64,000 nt of DNA. It comes from an uncultured delta proteobacterium (GTDB taxonomy: Bacteria > Myxococcota > B64-G9). The stretch is taken from assembly GCA_963754925.1 (NCBI GenBank), contig CAVWHX010000003.1:416001-480000 (forward strand), in the 5' to 3' direction. The notes under the pieces were generated by a model. It searched no databases, was not told the DNA's origin, and saw nothing but the letters and a program-made list of their open reading frames with translations. Position numbers and translations under genes: made by a program. Positions 42,142 to 52,710 of this stretch are shown piece by piece. Each line of letters starts with the position of its first letter. Position 1 is the stretch's first letter.

Positions 42142-42639
42142 TTACGATAACTCCTCGATTGTCTTATTTCTGCGGGTTGCAACAACATCGATGCTCTCAA
42201 GGTCCTCCAACGCCGCAAGCGTGGCCCGCACCACATTGTGTGGGTTACTGGTGCCGATACATTTGGTTAGGATATCTCGAACACCGGCCACTTCCATGAC
42301 AGCGCGTACCGCGCCACCCGCAATGACCCCCGTCCCTTTACCTGCCGGCCGAAGCATCACTCGACCAGCGCCAAAATGTCCTAGCACCTCGTGGGGAATC
42401 GTACCGTTGACGATCGGAATCTTCAACAATTGTTTCTTGGCGTTTTCAGTGGCCTTACGGATGGCCTCGGGCACCTCATTGGCCTTACCCTTGCCAATGC
42501 CAACGGTGCCGTTGCCGTCCCCAACCACCACGATCGCGCTAAAGCTGAACCGGCGCCCGCCCTTGACCACCTTCGCGACGCGGTTGATGCTCACCACCCG
42601 ATCGGTAAACTCAGTTTCGTTATTCACTGGCTCGTTCAA
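42142..42639 (-). CDS. rpsE: 30S ribosomal protein S5
   Basis: [26 protein letters not shown]. Confidence 0.98.
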   Translation of the reverse strand: MNEPVNNETEFTDRVVSINRVAKVVKGGRRFSFSAIVVVGDGNGTVGIGKGKANEVPEAIRKATENAKKQLLKIPIVNGTIPHEVLGHFGAGRVMLRPAGKGTGVIAGGAVRAVMEVAGVRDILTKCIGTSNPHNVVRATLAALEDLESIDVVATRRNKTIEELS

Positions 42640-42652
42640 AAGCTACCTCCTG

Positions 42653-43016
42653 TCAAAACGACAAGCCCTTAGCGCGTGCGGCATCAGCAAGTTTCGCAAC
42701 CCGTCCGTGGTACGGATAACCATTCCGGTCAAACACCACCTTTAATGCCCTTCGACAAACAACGTTCGGCCAAAAGCTCACCAACCTTGGCTGCAGCCTC
42801 GGCCTTTTTAGCTGAATCAGCCTGGGTGCGAAGTTCTTTCTCAACCGTACTGGCCGCCACCAGGGTTTTGCCACTGTCGTCGTCGATCACCTGGGCATAG
42901 GTATGCCGCGCGCTTTTGAACACCGTCAAGCGCGGTTGCTCAGCGGTCCCGCATAGGCGCTTGCGAATGCTGCGCTTGCGCCTGAGCCACCTTCTCCTAC
43001 TGCGATCAATAATCAT
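42653..43016 (-). CDS. rplR: 50S ribosomal protein L18 (frameshift near 42741)
   Basis: N-part [16 protein letters not shown] and C-part [22 protein letters not shown] are in different frames. Confidence 0.93.
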
Positions 43017-43054
43017 TACTTCACCTCATCGAAGCGGTTATCTCAGCCATTATG

Positions 43055-43594
43055 TTATCCAATGGCCTTCTTACCCGCTTTCCGTCGAATAACTTCACCC
43101 ACGTAGGCAATACCCTTGGCCTTATACGGATCCGGGACGCGGAATGAACGGATTTTCGAGGCCGTTTTTCCGACGGCCTCTTTATCAGGGCCCCGTACGA
43201 TAAGCCGAGTCTGCTTCTCGACCACAACCTCAACTCCCTGAGGAATCTGGTATTCAATCGGATGCGAGTAACCCAGGTACAGTACGATATTCCGCCCTTT
43301 GATCTCAGCTCGGTAGCCAACGCCGTTGATATCCAGGGAACGCTCAAAACCCTGGGAAGTGCCCACGATCATATTTTGTATCAGCGCTCGGATGAGTCCG
43401 TGTTTGGCCCGCGTGCTGCGTTCATCATCGCTGCGACGCACGAGCACCTTGCCCTTTTCGACGGCAACCGATATACCCGCGGCTATCTCTTGGGTGAGCT
43501 TACCCTTCGGCCCTTGAACCGATACCCGGTTGTCATCAACCTTGACGTTGATACCGCTCGGAATCGTTATTGCTTTTTTTCCTATCCGTGACAC
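43055..43594 (-). CDS. rplF: 50S ribosomal protein L6
   Basis: SRIGKK, GPKG.L, GVGYRA, PDPYKAKGI. Confidence 0.97.
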   Translation of the reverse strand: MSRIGKKAITIPSGINVKVDDNRVSVQGPKGKLTQEIAAGISVAVEKGKVLVRRSDDERSTRAKHGLIRALIQNMIVGTSQGFERSLDINGVGYRAEIKGRNIVLYLGYSHPIEYQIPQGVEVVVEKQTRLIVRGPDKEAVGKTASKIRSFRVPDPYKAKGIAYVGEVIRRKAGKKAIG

Positions 43595-43619
43595 GACGAA
43601 CCTCTCCCGTGGGTTGCCA

Positions 43620-44021
43620 CTACCAAACCGCGCATATGACTTCGCCGCCCACTTTAGCTGTGCGCGCCTCGCGATCCGTGAGTACACCGCGCGAGGTGGA
43701 AATGATCGCGGTTCCCAACCCGTTGCGAATTCTCGGCAACTTGTCGCTGGAAACATACTTGCGACGTCCGGGCCGACTCTGCCGTTTTATACCGCGAATG
43801 ACTGACCGCCCATCCTCGTTGTAACGCAGCTTGATAACCAATAGCCCCTGCAGACGATCCGGCACCGTCGTGTAGTCGGTGATGTACCCCTCGCGCTTGA
43901 GGATCTCTGCCAAGCGCGCCTTCGGTTTTGAAGCAGGCATCGCGACTTCATCCTTGGCGGCCTTAGCGGCATTGCGGATGCGAACCAACATATCGCCGAT
44001 CGGATCGGTTATAGACGACAT
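43620..44021 (-). CDS. rpsH: 30S ribosomal protein S8
   Basis: TDPIGDMLVRIRNA, SRPGRRKY, GGEVIC.VW. Confidence 0.98.
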   Translation of the reverse strand: MSSITDPIGDMLVRIRNAAKAAKDEVAMPASKPKARLAEILKREGYITDYTTVPDRLQGLLVIKLRYNEDGRSVIRGIKRQSRPGRRKYVSSDKLPRIRNGLGTAIISTSRGVLTDREARTAKVGGEVICAVW

Positions 44022-44085
44022 GGTCTACTATCTCCTTCATCGAATTTGCACGGTACGAGCATCACCTGGTCACCTCTGCGCCTGC

Positions 44086-44271
44086 CTACCAGCTCGCCTT
44101 GATTACGCCGGGAATCTCCCCCACCAGGGCGAGGTTGCGGAAGCAGATTCTGCACATTGAAAACCTTCGCAAATAGGCGCGCGGCCGACCACACAATGGA
44201 CAGCGGTTGTGCTGGCGCACTTTGAATTTCGTTTTGCGAGTCGCTCGAATAACCTTTGACGTCTTAGCCAC
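44086..44271 (-). CDS. rpsN: 30S ribosomal protein S14, type Z (zinc-binding)
   Basis: 61 aa, [11 protein letters not shown]...CRICFR...PGVIKASW. Confidence 0.97.
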   Translation of the reverse strand: MAKTSKVIRATRKTKFKVRQHNRCPLCGRPRAYLRRFSMCRICFRNLALVGEIPGVIKASW

Positions 44272-44288
44272 AGGAGCCTCTCCTTATT

Positions 44289-44831
44289 TCAGTTACGCCT
44301 AAACGGCATCCCTAAGTAGCCCAGCAATGAACGGCTCTCTTCATCAGTCTTGGCGGTGGTGACGATGGTGATGTTCATGCCTTTTATTTTCTCAATCTTG
44401 TCGTAATCAATTTCGGGAAAGATGATCTGCTCGCGGATTCCCATACTAAAGCTGCCTCTGCCATCGAACGAACGGCTTGAAATGCCCTTGAAGTCACGCA
44501 CCCGGGGGATGGCAATGCTCACCAAGCGATCGAAAAACTCGTACATGCGATCGCGCCGCAAGGTGACCATGGCGCCGATAGATTGCCCCTCGCGCAGCTT
44601 GAAGTTGGCGATCGACTTGCGCGATTTCGTCACCACCGGCTTCTGGCCGGCGATTGCCGCGACTTCTTTCACCGACGACTCAAGAATCTTCGGGTTCTGC
44701 AGGGCCTCCCCCAACCCCATATTGATGACGATCTTATTCAGGCGCGGAACCTGCATGCGGTTCTTGTACCCAAACTCCGCCATCATCTTGGGAACGACTT
44801 CCTTCTCGTACAATTCCTTCAATCGAGCCAT
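44289..44831 (-). CDS. rplE: 50S ribosomal protein L5
   Basis: [35 protein letters not shown]. Confidence 0.98.
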   Translation of the reverse strand: MARLKELYEKEVVPKMMAEFGYKNRMQVPRLNKIVINMGLGEALQNPKILESSVKEVAAIAGQKPVVTKSRKSIANFKLREGQSIGAMVTLRRDRMYEFFDRLVSIAIPRVRDFKGISSRSFDGRGSFSMGIREQIIFPEIDYDKIEKIKGMNITIVTTAKTDEESRSLLGYLGMPFRRN

Positions 44832-44849
44832 AACGCCCTCTCTCTCACA

Positions 44850-45170
44850 TTACTTATCGAGGCTCTCGTTACACTTCTTGCAATACCGTACGCGCTTACC
44901 GTCCTCAAGAGAACGCATCCCGGCGATGGTGGGCTGGTTGCATTTGCTGCAGACCAAGCGCACCTTCGAGATGTGAATGGGCGCGTTCACGTCAATAATC
45001 CCACCCTGCGGGGCCTTCTTATCACGCCCGGCTTTAACGTGGCGCTTGACGGTATTGATGCCTTCGACCCGTATCCGGGTGCGCTGTTCAAGCAACTCCA
45101 GTACCTTGCCGCGCCGGCCACGATCGCGGCCACTCCGCACCACCACAATGTCGTTCTTCTTAATCCTCAT
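44850..45170 (-). CDS. rplX: 50S ribosomal protein L24
   Basis: IKKNDIVVVRSGRDRG, VEGIN..KRH, APIHISKV. Confidence 0.97.
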   Translation of the reverse strand: MRIKKNDIVVVRSGRDRGRRGKVLELLEQRTRIRVEGINTVKRHVKAGRDKKAPQGGIIDVNAPIHISKVRLVCSKCNQPTIAGMRSLEDGKRVRYCKKCNESLDK

Positions 45171-45190
45171 TACTCGCCTCTCTTACCGAA

Positions 45191-45559
45191 TCACAACACT
45201 TCGGGAGCCAAGGAGATGATCTTCATGAACTTGCGGCTGCGCAGTTCACGCGCCACCGGTCCAAAGATACGGGTTCCGATCGGCTCGAGTTGGGGGCTGA
45301 TCAGCACCGCCGAGTTGTCATCAAATTTTATGTAGGTGCCGTCCGGCCGGGCCACCTCTTTTGCCACGCGCACGATCACCGCCCGCCGCACCTCGCCCTT
45401 CTTAACTTTTGACTCCGGCAGGGCCTCCTTGACCGAAACCACGATCACATCTCCGATCCAGGCATACTTTCGTCTCGATCCCCCCAGCACCTTGATGCAC
45501 TGAACGCGCTTTGCCCCGGAATTATCCGCGACGTTAAGCACGGTTCGCAGCTGAATCAT
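45191..45559 (-). CDS. rplN: 50S ribosomal protein L14
   Basis: [28 protein letters not shown]. Confidence 0.98.
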   Translation of the reverse strand: MIQLRTVLNVADNSGAKRVQCIKVLGGSRRKYAWIGDVIVVSVKEALPESKVKKGEVRRAVIVRVAKEVARPDGTYIKFDDNSAVLISPQLEPIGTRIFGPVARELRSRKFMKIISLAPEVL

Positions 45560-45605
45560 GACTGTCTCCTTATGCCCATCTTCTCACCGCCACCGAGCTT
45601 CCACC

Positions 45606-45872
45606 CTATTCGACCGCACGCTCGAGCACTCGACGCACTCGCCAACGCTTGGTTTTACTCAACGGTCGCGATTCGACTATCTCGACACGATCGCCCAGGT
45701 GACTGGCCCGAGCCTCGTCGTGAGCCTTGAAGTTCTTATGCCGATGAACGAACTTTTTATACCGAGAATGCAAAACGGTGCTATGAACCTCGACCACGAC
45801 GGTCTTATTCATCTTGTCACCGACAACGGTACCCACTTGAACCTTGCCTTGTCCTTTAACCCTGCCTGCCAT
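45606..45872 (-). CDS. rpsQ: 30S ribosomal protein S17
   Basis: KMNKTVVV, KAHDE, ESRPLSKTKRW. Confidence 0.97.
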   Translation of the reverse strand: MAGRVKGQGKVQVGTVVGDKMNKTVVVEVHSTVLHSRYKKFVHRHKNFKAHDEARASHLGDRVEIVESRPLSKTKRWRVRRVLERAVE

Positions 45873-45903
45873 ATCCTGGCTCCTCATCTGACGCCATCGG
45901 TGG

Positions 45904-46128
45904 TCACCCAACCTCCGGACGGCTGGTGAGCGTGCGAATACCCAACTCGTGCTCCCGGATCAGCGTTTCCACCACCGCCAACGCGCGCTTTGTCTGGCGC
46001 AGCTTTGATACGTCATCGAGCTGCCCGGTGGCGTGCTGAAACCGCAAATTGAAAACATCCTGCCTCAGATCTTCAACCATGTGGCGAAGTTCCTCAATCG
46101 GACGCTCACGGTATTCTTTCGCCTTCAT
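45904..46128 (-). CDS. rpmC: 50S ribosomal protein L29
   Basis: [17 protein letters not shown]. Confidence 0.96.
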   Translation of the reverse strand: MKAKEYRERPIEELRHMVEDLRQDVFNLRFQHATGQLDDVSKLRQTKRALAVVETLIREHELGIRTLTSRPEVG

Positions 46129-46541
46129 AACTCCTCCTTGCGAAAGATGGCCTTCGTGGGCACCGGCAGCTTGTGCGTCGCAAGCCGATATGCCTCGCGC
46201 GCAACATCGTCCTCGACTCCCTGCAGCTCAAACAACATTCGCCCTGGCTTTACCACGCACACCCAATCCTCGGGTGCGCCTTTGCCCTTGCCCATGCGGG
46301 TTTCGAGCGGTTTCTTGGTGATGGGCTTATCCGGAAAGATGCGCGTCCAAACCTTACCGCCGCGCTTGATATGTCGGGTGATGGCCACGCGGCCGGCCTC
46401 GATCTGGCGCGCCGTGACCCACCCACAACCGGTAGCCATCAAGCCGCTATCGCCAAACGAAAGGCTCGATCCACGGTACGCCTTACCACGCATCTTGCCC
46501 TTCTGAATCTTTCTCCATTTGACTTTAGCTGGTTGCAGCAT
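46125..46541 (-). CDS. rplP: 50S ribosomal protein L16
   Basis: MLQP, QIEAGR, RIFPDKP, RMGKGKG. Confidence 0.98.
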   Translation of the reverse strand: MLQPAKVKWRKIQKGKMRGKAYRGSSLSFGDSGLMATGCGWVTARQIEAGRVAITRHIKRGGKVWTRIFPDKPITKKPLETRMGKGKGAPEDWVCVVKPGRMLFELQGVEDDVAREAYRLATHKLPVPTKAIFRKEEL

Positions 46542-46579
46542 CTCGTCTCTCCTGGCGCTCTCTCGGCGCTCTCGTCAAC

Positions 46580-47234
46580 CTACTCGGCGACTGGCGTACG
46601 GCGGCTGTTATCCAACACCTCGCCGCGGAATATCCAGACCTTTACACCGATGCAGCCATACGTCGTATGGGCGGTTGCGGTGCCATAGTCGATGTCGGCC
46701 CGCAACGTATGGAGCGGCACGCGACCTTCGCGATACCATTCCGTTCGCGCCATTTCAGCGCCCGCCAATCGTCCCGAACAACGAATCTTGATGCCCTTGG
46801 CCCCGAACTTTAAGCGAGGTGGAGACCGCTTTCTTCATGGCACGCCGAAAGGCGATGCGGTTTTCCAACTGGGTGGCGACATTTTCGGCCACCAGTTGCG
46901 CATCCACTTCGGCCTTACGCACCTCACGAATATTCAAAAAGATTTCGCTGACGACCAGTTTCTGTAAGTCCTTCTTGAGGCTCTCGACCCCGGCGCCCTT
47001 CTTGCCGATGACAATTCCAGGTCGCGCGGTATGTACATTGACCTTAGCCTTATCTCCAGCCCGCTCGATGAAGACCCTTGAGATGCCAGCTCGGCCAAGG
47101 TTCTTACGGATGTAGCGCCGTAACTTAATATCCTCGTGCAGCCACTTGGCGTAGTTCTTCTTCGATACCCACTTGGAATCCCAGGAGCGGATGATGCCCA
47201 ACCGAAATCCTATGGGATTAACTTTTTGGCCCAA
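46580..47234 (-). CDS. rpsC: 30S ribosomal protein S3 (+1 frameshift near 46810)
   Basis: [13 protein letters not shown]...; the C-part [40 protein letters not shown] joins after removing one A in cttaaagttc. Confidence 0.95.
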
Positions 47235-47248
47235 GGAACCCTCCTTAC

Positions 47249-47641
47249 TTAAACCTTCTCTTCCAATTCTAAGTACACGTGACTGCTCTTCTTTTGAATG
47301 CGAGTGGCCCTGCCCATAGCGCGCGGCATAAAACGTTTGAGCATCGGCCCTTGATCGACCCGAATGTCCTTAATCACCAAGGCGTCGACGTCCACGTTCT
47401 CGGCACTGGCGGCATTCGCCACAGCGGCGCGCAACATTTTTGCCACGGGAGGGGCCGCCGATTTTTGGGTAAAGTCGAGGATCGCGAGCGCCGCGTCTAC
47501 CTTGAGCCCGCGTATGGTATCGATCACGACCCGTACTTTGCGCGGAGCAATTCTCAGATATTTGAGTTGGGCCGTCTTGTGCTTAAGGTGCTCGCGCACC
47601 GAGGCGTTCAGCGCCTTTCTTGCTTTCCCACGTCGACTCAT
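47249..47641 (-). CDS. rplV: 50S ribosomal protein L22
   Basis: [26 protein letters not shown]. Confidence 0.97.
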   Translation of the reverse strand: MSRRGKARKALNASVREHLKHKTAQLKYLRIAPRKVRVVIDTIRGLKVDAALAILDFTQKSAAPPVAKMLRAAVANAASAENVDVDALVIKDIRVDQGPMLKRFMPRAMGRATRIQKKSSHVYLELEEKV

Positions 47642-47648
47642 TCCTCAC

Positions 47649-47942
47649 CTAGCCTTTCTTACCTGGCTTGGGCTTGGTCTTGCGGTCGCCTGAATGCCCA
47701 CGAAATGTTCTGGTCGGCGAAAACTCACCCAGTTTGTGGCCCACCATATTCTCCGTGACAAACACCGGGATGAATTTATTGCCGTTGTGCACCGCAAAGG
47801 TGAGGTTCACCATTTCCGGCACAATGGTCGATCGACGCGACCAGGTCTTGATGACCTTGCGATCTCCGCTTTTTTGCGCATTCAGAACCTTCGTCATCAC
47901 ATGCTTGTCAACGAATGGGCCTTTTTTTACCGATCGTGCCAC
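47649..47942 (-). CDS. rpsS: 30S ribosomal protein S19
   Basis: [31 protein letters not shown]. Confidence 0.98.
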   Translation of the reverse strand: MARSVKKGPFVDKHVMTKVLNAQKSGDRKVIKTWSRRSTIVPEMVNLTFAVHNGNKFIPVFVTENMVGHKLGEFSPTRTFRGHSGDRKTKPKPGKKG

Positions 47943-47969
47943 GTGAGACTCCTCGCTCATCTCCTCGGG

Positions 47970-48801
47970 TTATTTCGCGTTTCGCCGACGAACAATCCAC
48001 TTGTCTGTTCTGCGGTTTTTCCGAGTCTTGTAACCTTTGGTCTTCCATCCCCACGGGGAAACAGGATGCGGATTGCCTTGGCCCGCACGCCCTTCACCGC
48101 CACCATGGGGATGATCAACTGGATTCTGCGCCACCCCGCGTACGGTTGGTCGAATCCCGCGCCACCGGGTCCGGCCCGCCTTGCCTATCGTAATATTTTC
48201 ATATTCGATATTGCCCACTTGCCCAATGGTGGCCCAACACTCCCGATTAACTTTGCGAACTTCACCTGATGGCAAACGAATTTGCACGTGCGGCCCTTCT
48301 TTCGCCATCAGTTGGCCCGCCGAGCCAGCCGATCGAATAAGCTGCCCGCCTTTACCGCGCTTGATCTCGATATTATGAATCGCCGTACCCAACGGAATGG
48401 AGTTCAGCGGCAGGTGGTTCCCCGCACGAATATCCGCTGTTTCTGAAGCAATTACCATGTCGCCAATCTTGAGATCGACCGGCCAAAGAATGTAGGACTT
48501 TACCCCATCGATATAATGCAGTAACGCTATAAAAGCTGAGCGATTAGGTTCATACTCGATCGCCGCCACCCGGGCCGGCACGTTGAGCTTTTCGCGCCTA
48601 AAGTCGATGAGGCGTAACTTTCGTTTATGGCCGCCGCCATGATGGCGCACCGTTATCCGACCTTGGTTGTTGCGGCCATTGTTCCGCCGCTTGGCCACGG
48701 TTAACTGCTTTTCCGGCCTCTTCTTGGTGAGGACGGTATAATCGTTTACCGTCATGTGCCGGCGGTCCGGGGCTGGTTGGTTTGTATGATTTAATTCCCA
48801 T
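47970..48801 (-). CDS. rplB: 50S ribosomal protein L2 (+1 frameshift near 48765)
   Basis: [12 protein letters not shown] then RRHMT joins after removing one [22 protein letters not shown]. Confidence 0.96.
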
Positions 48802-48828
48802 GAGTACCTCTATGAGCTTCTTTCTGCC

Positions 48829-49119
48829 TTATACCCCGCTGAAGAACTCAATCTTGTCGCCCTCTCGGAGGCGCACAATTGCTTTCTTCCATGAAGGCCG
48901 AAGGCCGACGTTACGGCCCACCCGTCGACTACGGAGCGGGCACCGAATCGTCCGAACCTCCATCACCCGCACCTTAAAGAGCTTCTCAACCGCTTCACGA
49001 ATGGCAATCTTGTTCGCGTGCTTCGCCACCCGAAAGACCACCTGGTTGGTCTTTTCCTGAAGCATATTATTCTTTTCGGTCACCAAGGGCCGCAGGATGA
49101 TGTCGGTAGGCTTTTTCAT
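48829..49119 (-). CDS. rplW: 50S ribosomal protein L23
   Basis: PLVTEK, ANKIAIREAVEKLF, WKKAIV. Confidence 0.97.
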   Translation of the reverse strand: MKKPTDIILRPLVTEKNNMLQEKTNQVVFRVAKHANKIAIREAVEKLFKVRVMEVRTIRCPLRSRRVGRNVGLRPSWKKAIVRLREGDKIEFFSGV

Positions 49120-49739
49120 GGCCTCAAATCCCCCTCGAGCTTCTTGAGCGAGGCTGCGCTGATCATCAGGTTTTCGTACTGGAGCAGCTCGACCAGGTTC
49201 AGCCCTTCTATCGGCCGAAAGGCGAATGTTCGAAGGTTGCGCGTTGATTTCTTTAGCTTGTCGTTGACCTTCGCATCCACCAGCAGGCCCTTCGCCAGTC
49301 CGAACTTCCTTAACACGTCAGCCAAACGTTTTGTTTTTATCTCGGGAAGTTCGAAGTCTTTTACCACCACAAGTTTTTGTTCGCGCGTCTGATTGCTCAG
49401 TGCGGTGCGCAACGCTTCCTTCCGAACTTTCTTGGGAACCGAGTAACTATACGATCGGGGGTGCGGACCGAAGGCGACCCCGCCGCCGCGCATGTGCGGA
49501 CCGCGTAGGGATCCTTGCCGCGCGCGGCCGGTATGCTTCTGTTTGTACGGCTTCTTTCCCGTGCCGCTGACCTCGCCGCGCCTCTTCGTGGAGGCGGTGC
49601 CGCCACGCATACGCGCCCGTTGGTTTTTGACCACTTCCCAGAGCAAATAATCGCGCGATGCAACGCCGAAAACATCATCCGCCAGGTCCAGCGTACCAAC
49701 CTTTTCGTGCTCCAAATTCCAGACATCCACGGTTGGCAT
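49116..49739 (-). CDS. rplD: 50S ribosomal protein L4
   Basis: GTASTKRRGEVSG.GKKPYKQKHTGRARQGS, GGGVAFGP. Confidence 0.98.
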   Translation of the reverse strand: MPTVDVWNLEHEKVGTLDLADDVFGVASRDYLLWEVVKNQRARMRGGTASTKRRGEVSGTGKKPYKQKHTGRARQGSLRGPHMRGGGVAFGPHPRSYSYSVPKKVRKEALRTALSNQTREQKLVVVKDFELPEIKTKRLADVLRKFGLAKGLLVDAKVNDKLKKSTRNLRTFAFRPIEGLNLVELLQYENLMISAASLKKLEGDLRP

Positions 49740-49751
49740 AGTCTTATGACC

Positions 49752-50060
49752 TCACGACTTAATCTCGACGTCCACACCCGCGGACAGATCGAGTTTCATC
49801 AAAGCATCCAAGGTCTGCTGGGTCGGTTCGAGGATATCGAGCAAGCGTTTATGCACCCGTATCTCAAACTGCTCCCGTGACTTTTTATCCACATGCGGTG
49901 AGCGCAAAACGGTATAGCGGCTGATGCGGGTCGGCAGCGGGATTGGACCCGAGACCTTTGCGCCCGTTTGACGTGCGGTCTCGATTATTTCTCCAGCCGA
50001 TTGATCAAGCAGCTTATGATCGTATGCCTTAAGCCTAATTCTTATTTTTGGAATATTCAT
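49752..50060 (-). CDS. rpsJ: 30S ribosomal protein S10
   Basis: [30 protein letters not shown]. Confidence 0.98.
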   Translation of the reverse strand: MNIPKIRIRLKAYDHKLLDQSAGEIIETARQTGAKVSGPIPLPTRISRYTVLRSPHVDKKSREQFEIRVHKRLLDILEPTQQTLDALMKLDLSAGVDVEIKS

Positions 50061-50069
50061 CGTCCCACC

Positions 50070-51278
50070 TTATTCAATGATCTCGGTGATTACCCCGGCG
50101 CCCACCGTCTTGCCGCCTTCCCGTATCGCAAACCGTAGCTCCTTCTCCATCGCGATTGGCGTGATCAACGTTACCTCCATCTGCGTGTTGTCTCCCGGCA
50201 TGATCATCTCCGTCCCCTCCGCCAACTTCACCGTCCCCGTCACGTCCGTCGTCCGAAAATAAAACTGCGGCCGATAATTATTGAAAAACGGTGTGTGCCG
50301 CCCGCCCTCTTCCTTCGACAGTACGTACACCTCCGCCTTGAACTTCGTGTGCGGCGTGATGCTCCCCGGCTTCGCCAATACCTGCCCCCGCTCGATCTCT
50401 TCCTTCTTGATCGACCGCAGCAAACACCCGATGTTGTCTCCCGCTCGCCCCTCATCCAATAACTTCCGAAACATCTCCACTCCCGTCACCACCGTCTTCT
50501 GCGTCTCCCGAAATCCCACAACCTCTATCGTATCCTGTACCCTCACTATCCCGCGCTCCACTCTCCCCGTCGCCACCGTCCCGCGCCCCGATATCGAAAA
50601 TACATCCTCCACCGGCATCAAAAACGGCTTGTCCACGTCCCGCACCGGCTCAGGTATCGATTCGTCCAACGCCTTCAGTAAATCCAATATCGGCTTGCAC
50701 TCCGGCGCGTTCGCATCTTCCGACTGCATCGCCTTCAACGCGCTCCCCGTTATCACCGGTATCTTGTCCCCCGGAAACTTGTACGACGTCAGCAGATCCC
50801 GTACCTCCAGCTCCACCAACTGCAACAAGTCCTTGTCGTCCACCAAATCCGCCTTGTTCAAAAACACCACCATGGCCGGCACGTTCACCTGCCGCGCCAA
50901 CAATATATGCTCCCGCGTCTGCGGCATCGGCCCGTCTTCCGCGCTCACCACCAATATCGCCCCGTCCATCTGCGCCGCACCCGTGATCATGTTCTTGATG
51001 TAGTCCGCGTGGCCCGGACAGTCCACGTGCGCGTAGTGCCGCTTCTCGCTCTCGTATTCCACGTGGCTCGTCGCTATGGTCAATATCTTCATTTCATTCC
51101 GCCGCCCCTGCGATATCGACGCCTTCGCCACTTCATCGTACGATTGGAACTTGGCCATCCCCCGCCTCGCCTGCACCTTCGTTATCGCGGATGTCAGCGT
51201 GGTCTTTCCATGATCCACATGGCCGATTGTCCCCACGTTCACATGCGGCTTCGTCCTCTGGAATTTCTCCTTGGCCAT
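50070..51278 (-). CDS. tuf: Elongation factor Tu (variant switch-I)
   Basis: [48 protein letters not shown]. Confidence 0.98.
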   Translation of the reverse strand: MAKEKFQRTKPHVNVGTIGHVDHGKTTLTSAITKVQARRGMAKFQSYDEVAKASISQGRRNEMKILTIATSHVEYESEKRHYAHVDCPGHADYIKNMITGAAQMDGAILVVSAEDGPMPQTREHILLARQVNVPAMVVFLNKADLVDDKDLLQLVELEVRDLLTSYKFPGDKIPVITGSALKAMQSEDANAPECKPILDLLKALDESIPEPVRDVDKPFLMPVEDVFSISGRGTVATGRVERGIVRVQDTIEVVGFRETQKTVVTGVEMFRKLLDEGRAGDNIGCLLRSIKKEEIERGQVLAKPGSITPHTKFKAEVYVLSKEEGGRHTPFFNNYRPQFYFRTTDVTGTVKLAEGTEMIMPGDNTQMEVTLITPIAMEKELRFAIREGGKTVGAGVITEIIE

Positions 51279-51630
51279 CACTCACTCCTTTGCGCAATGC
51301 GCACCCTGAGAGCGGCATATCGCCGCACCCACCGATATTCTTAACGTCACCGGAGCAGGAAAACACATCGTCATAATCTTAATCTCATACAAGGCAAAAC
51401 TTCGTAACAGTCTCTTCAATCATGATTGTTTTCCACCATTACGAAGCGATTTGAAAAGCACTGGGGAAAAATACTTCTTTGAGAATACGGCCGGACGCCA
51501 TGTGCCCCCTAGCGGAGGCGGAGTCCACCCGTCAGGAATGGGTAATATTGGAAGTTGTTCGCCTGCTCAGGTTTTCAAAGAGCCAAAAGTCATACTTGGG
51601 TACTGCACAAACCCAACCAACCAAACAGAA

Positions 51631-52102
51631 CTACCACCGATAGTGCGCGAAGGCCTTATTTGCCTCGGCCATTTTATGTGTGTCTTCACGCTTCTTAATA
51701 GCCACCCCGCGGTTGTTGGCGGCATCGATGACCTCTGCCGCTAATCGTTCCATCATGGTCTTCTCACCCCGTTCGCGGGAATAAACTATCAGCCAACGCA
51801 TCCCCAGGGCGGTACGCCGCTGCGGCCGTATTTCAACCGGCACCTGATAGGTCGCACCACCCACCCGACGAGCCTTCACCTCCAATACCGGTTTGACGTT
51901 GTCGAGCGCTTTCTTAAATGTCTTGAGGGGATCGTCTTTGGTGCGCTGCTCGATGACATCCATGGCGCCATAAAAAATTTGCTCGGCTATAGACTTCTTG
52001 CCTCGGCGCATGAGATTATTGACGAACTTCGCCAGCTATCCGATCGTGATACTTCGGATCAGGGACAATCTTCCGTTTTGGAACTTCACGACGACGAGGC
52101 AT
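51631..52102 (-). CDS. rpsG: 30S ribosomal protein S7 (+1 frameshift near 52036)
   Basis: [20 protein letters not shown] then [39 protein letters not shown]. Confidence 0.95.
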
Positions 52103-52121
52103 TTAGTTTTTCTCTCCTCAT

Positions 52122-52189
52122 GGTCCCATCCCGCTTCGCGAGACGGGACAAGCGTTCGTAAGCTCGCGTTGCTCGCTAACGATCGCTTG
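52122..52189. repeat. Intergenic double-hairpin element between rpsL and rpsG
   Basis: GTCCC...GGGAC hairpin then CAAGCG-TTCGT-AAGCTCGCGTTGCTCGCTA-ACGA-TCGCTTG. Confidence 0.7.
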
Positions 52190-52561
52190 CTACTTAGGCC
52201 GCTTGGCACCGTACTTAGATCGGCTGCGTTTGCGACCTTGCACCCCAACCGCATCGAGGGCACCGCGGATGACATGGTAGCGAACGCCGGGAAGATCCTT
52301 GACGCGGCCGCCCCGAATCAGGACCACCGAGTGCTCCTGCAAATTGTGGCCAACACCGGGGATGTACGTAGTTATTTCTATCCCATTGGTCAAACGCACA
52401 CGGGCCACCTTACGCAGCGCCGAGTTGGGTTTTTTAGGGGTGGTCGTGTAAACTCGGACACAAACGCCCCGGACTTGCGGACAATCCTTCATGGCCGGGG
52501 CTTTCGTCTTAGAACGGACGATACGCCTTGCTTCCCGAACCAGCTGGTTAATCGACGGCAT
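52190..52561 (-). CDS. rpsL: 30S ribosomal protein S12
   Basis: [23 protein letters not shown]. Confidence 0.99.
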   Translation of the reverse strand: MPSINQLVREARRIVRSKTKAPAMKDCPQVRGVCVRVYTTTPKKPNSALRKVARVRLTNGIEITTYIPGVGHNLQEHSVVLIRGGRVKDLPGVRYHVIRGALDAVGVQGRKRSRSKYGAKRPK

Positions 52562-52625
52562 CCATCAACCTCTCTTTCCGCGCGCCTTCCCATTACGGGT
52601 GGCGCTTGGAATTTTGGGAGCCAGG

Positions 52626-52655
52626 ATAGTAGAGAGATATCCTCCCAAGTGTCAA
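52626..52655 (-). promoter_or_regulatory. Sigma70-type promoter of the str operon
   Basis: TTGACA-18 bp-TACTAT on the minus strand upstream of rpsL. Confidence 0.5.
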
Positions 52656-52710
52656 GGTTTTTTAATCTTTTCGGTGGAATAGGTGTGGTATTCACAGAAA
52701 GGGCAGCTTC

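Noticed and set aside
51290..51630. fusA remnant or tRNA in the rpsG-tuf spacer
   Set aside because: No EF-G motif recognised in the part I translated and no cloverleaf or T-arm found.
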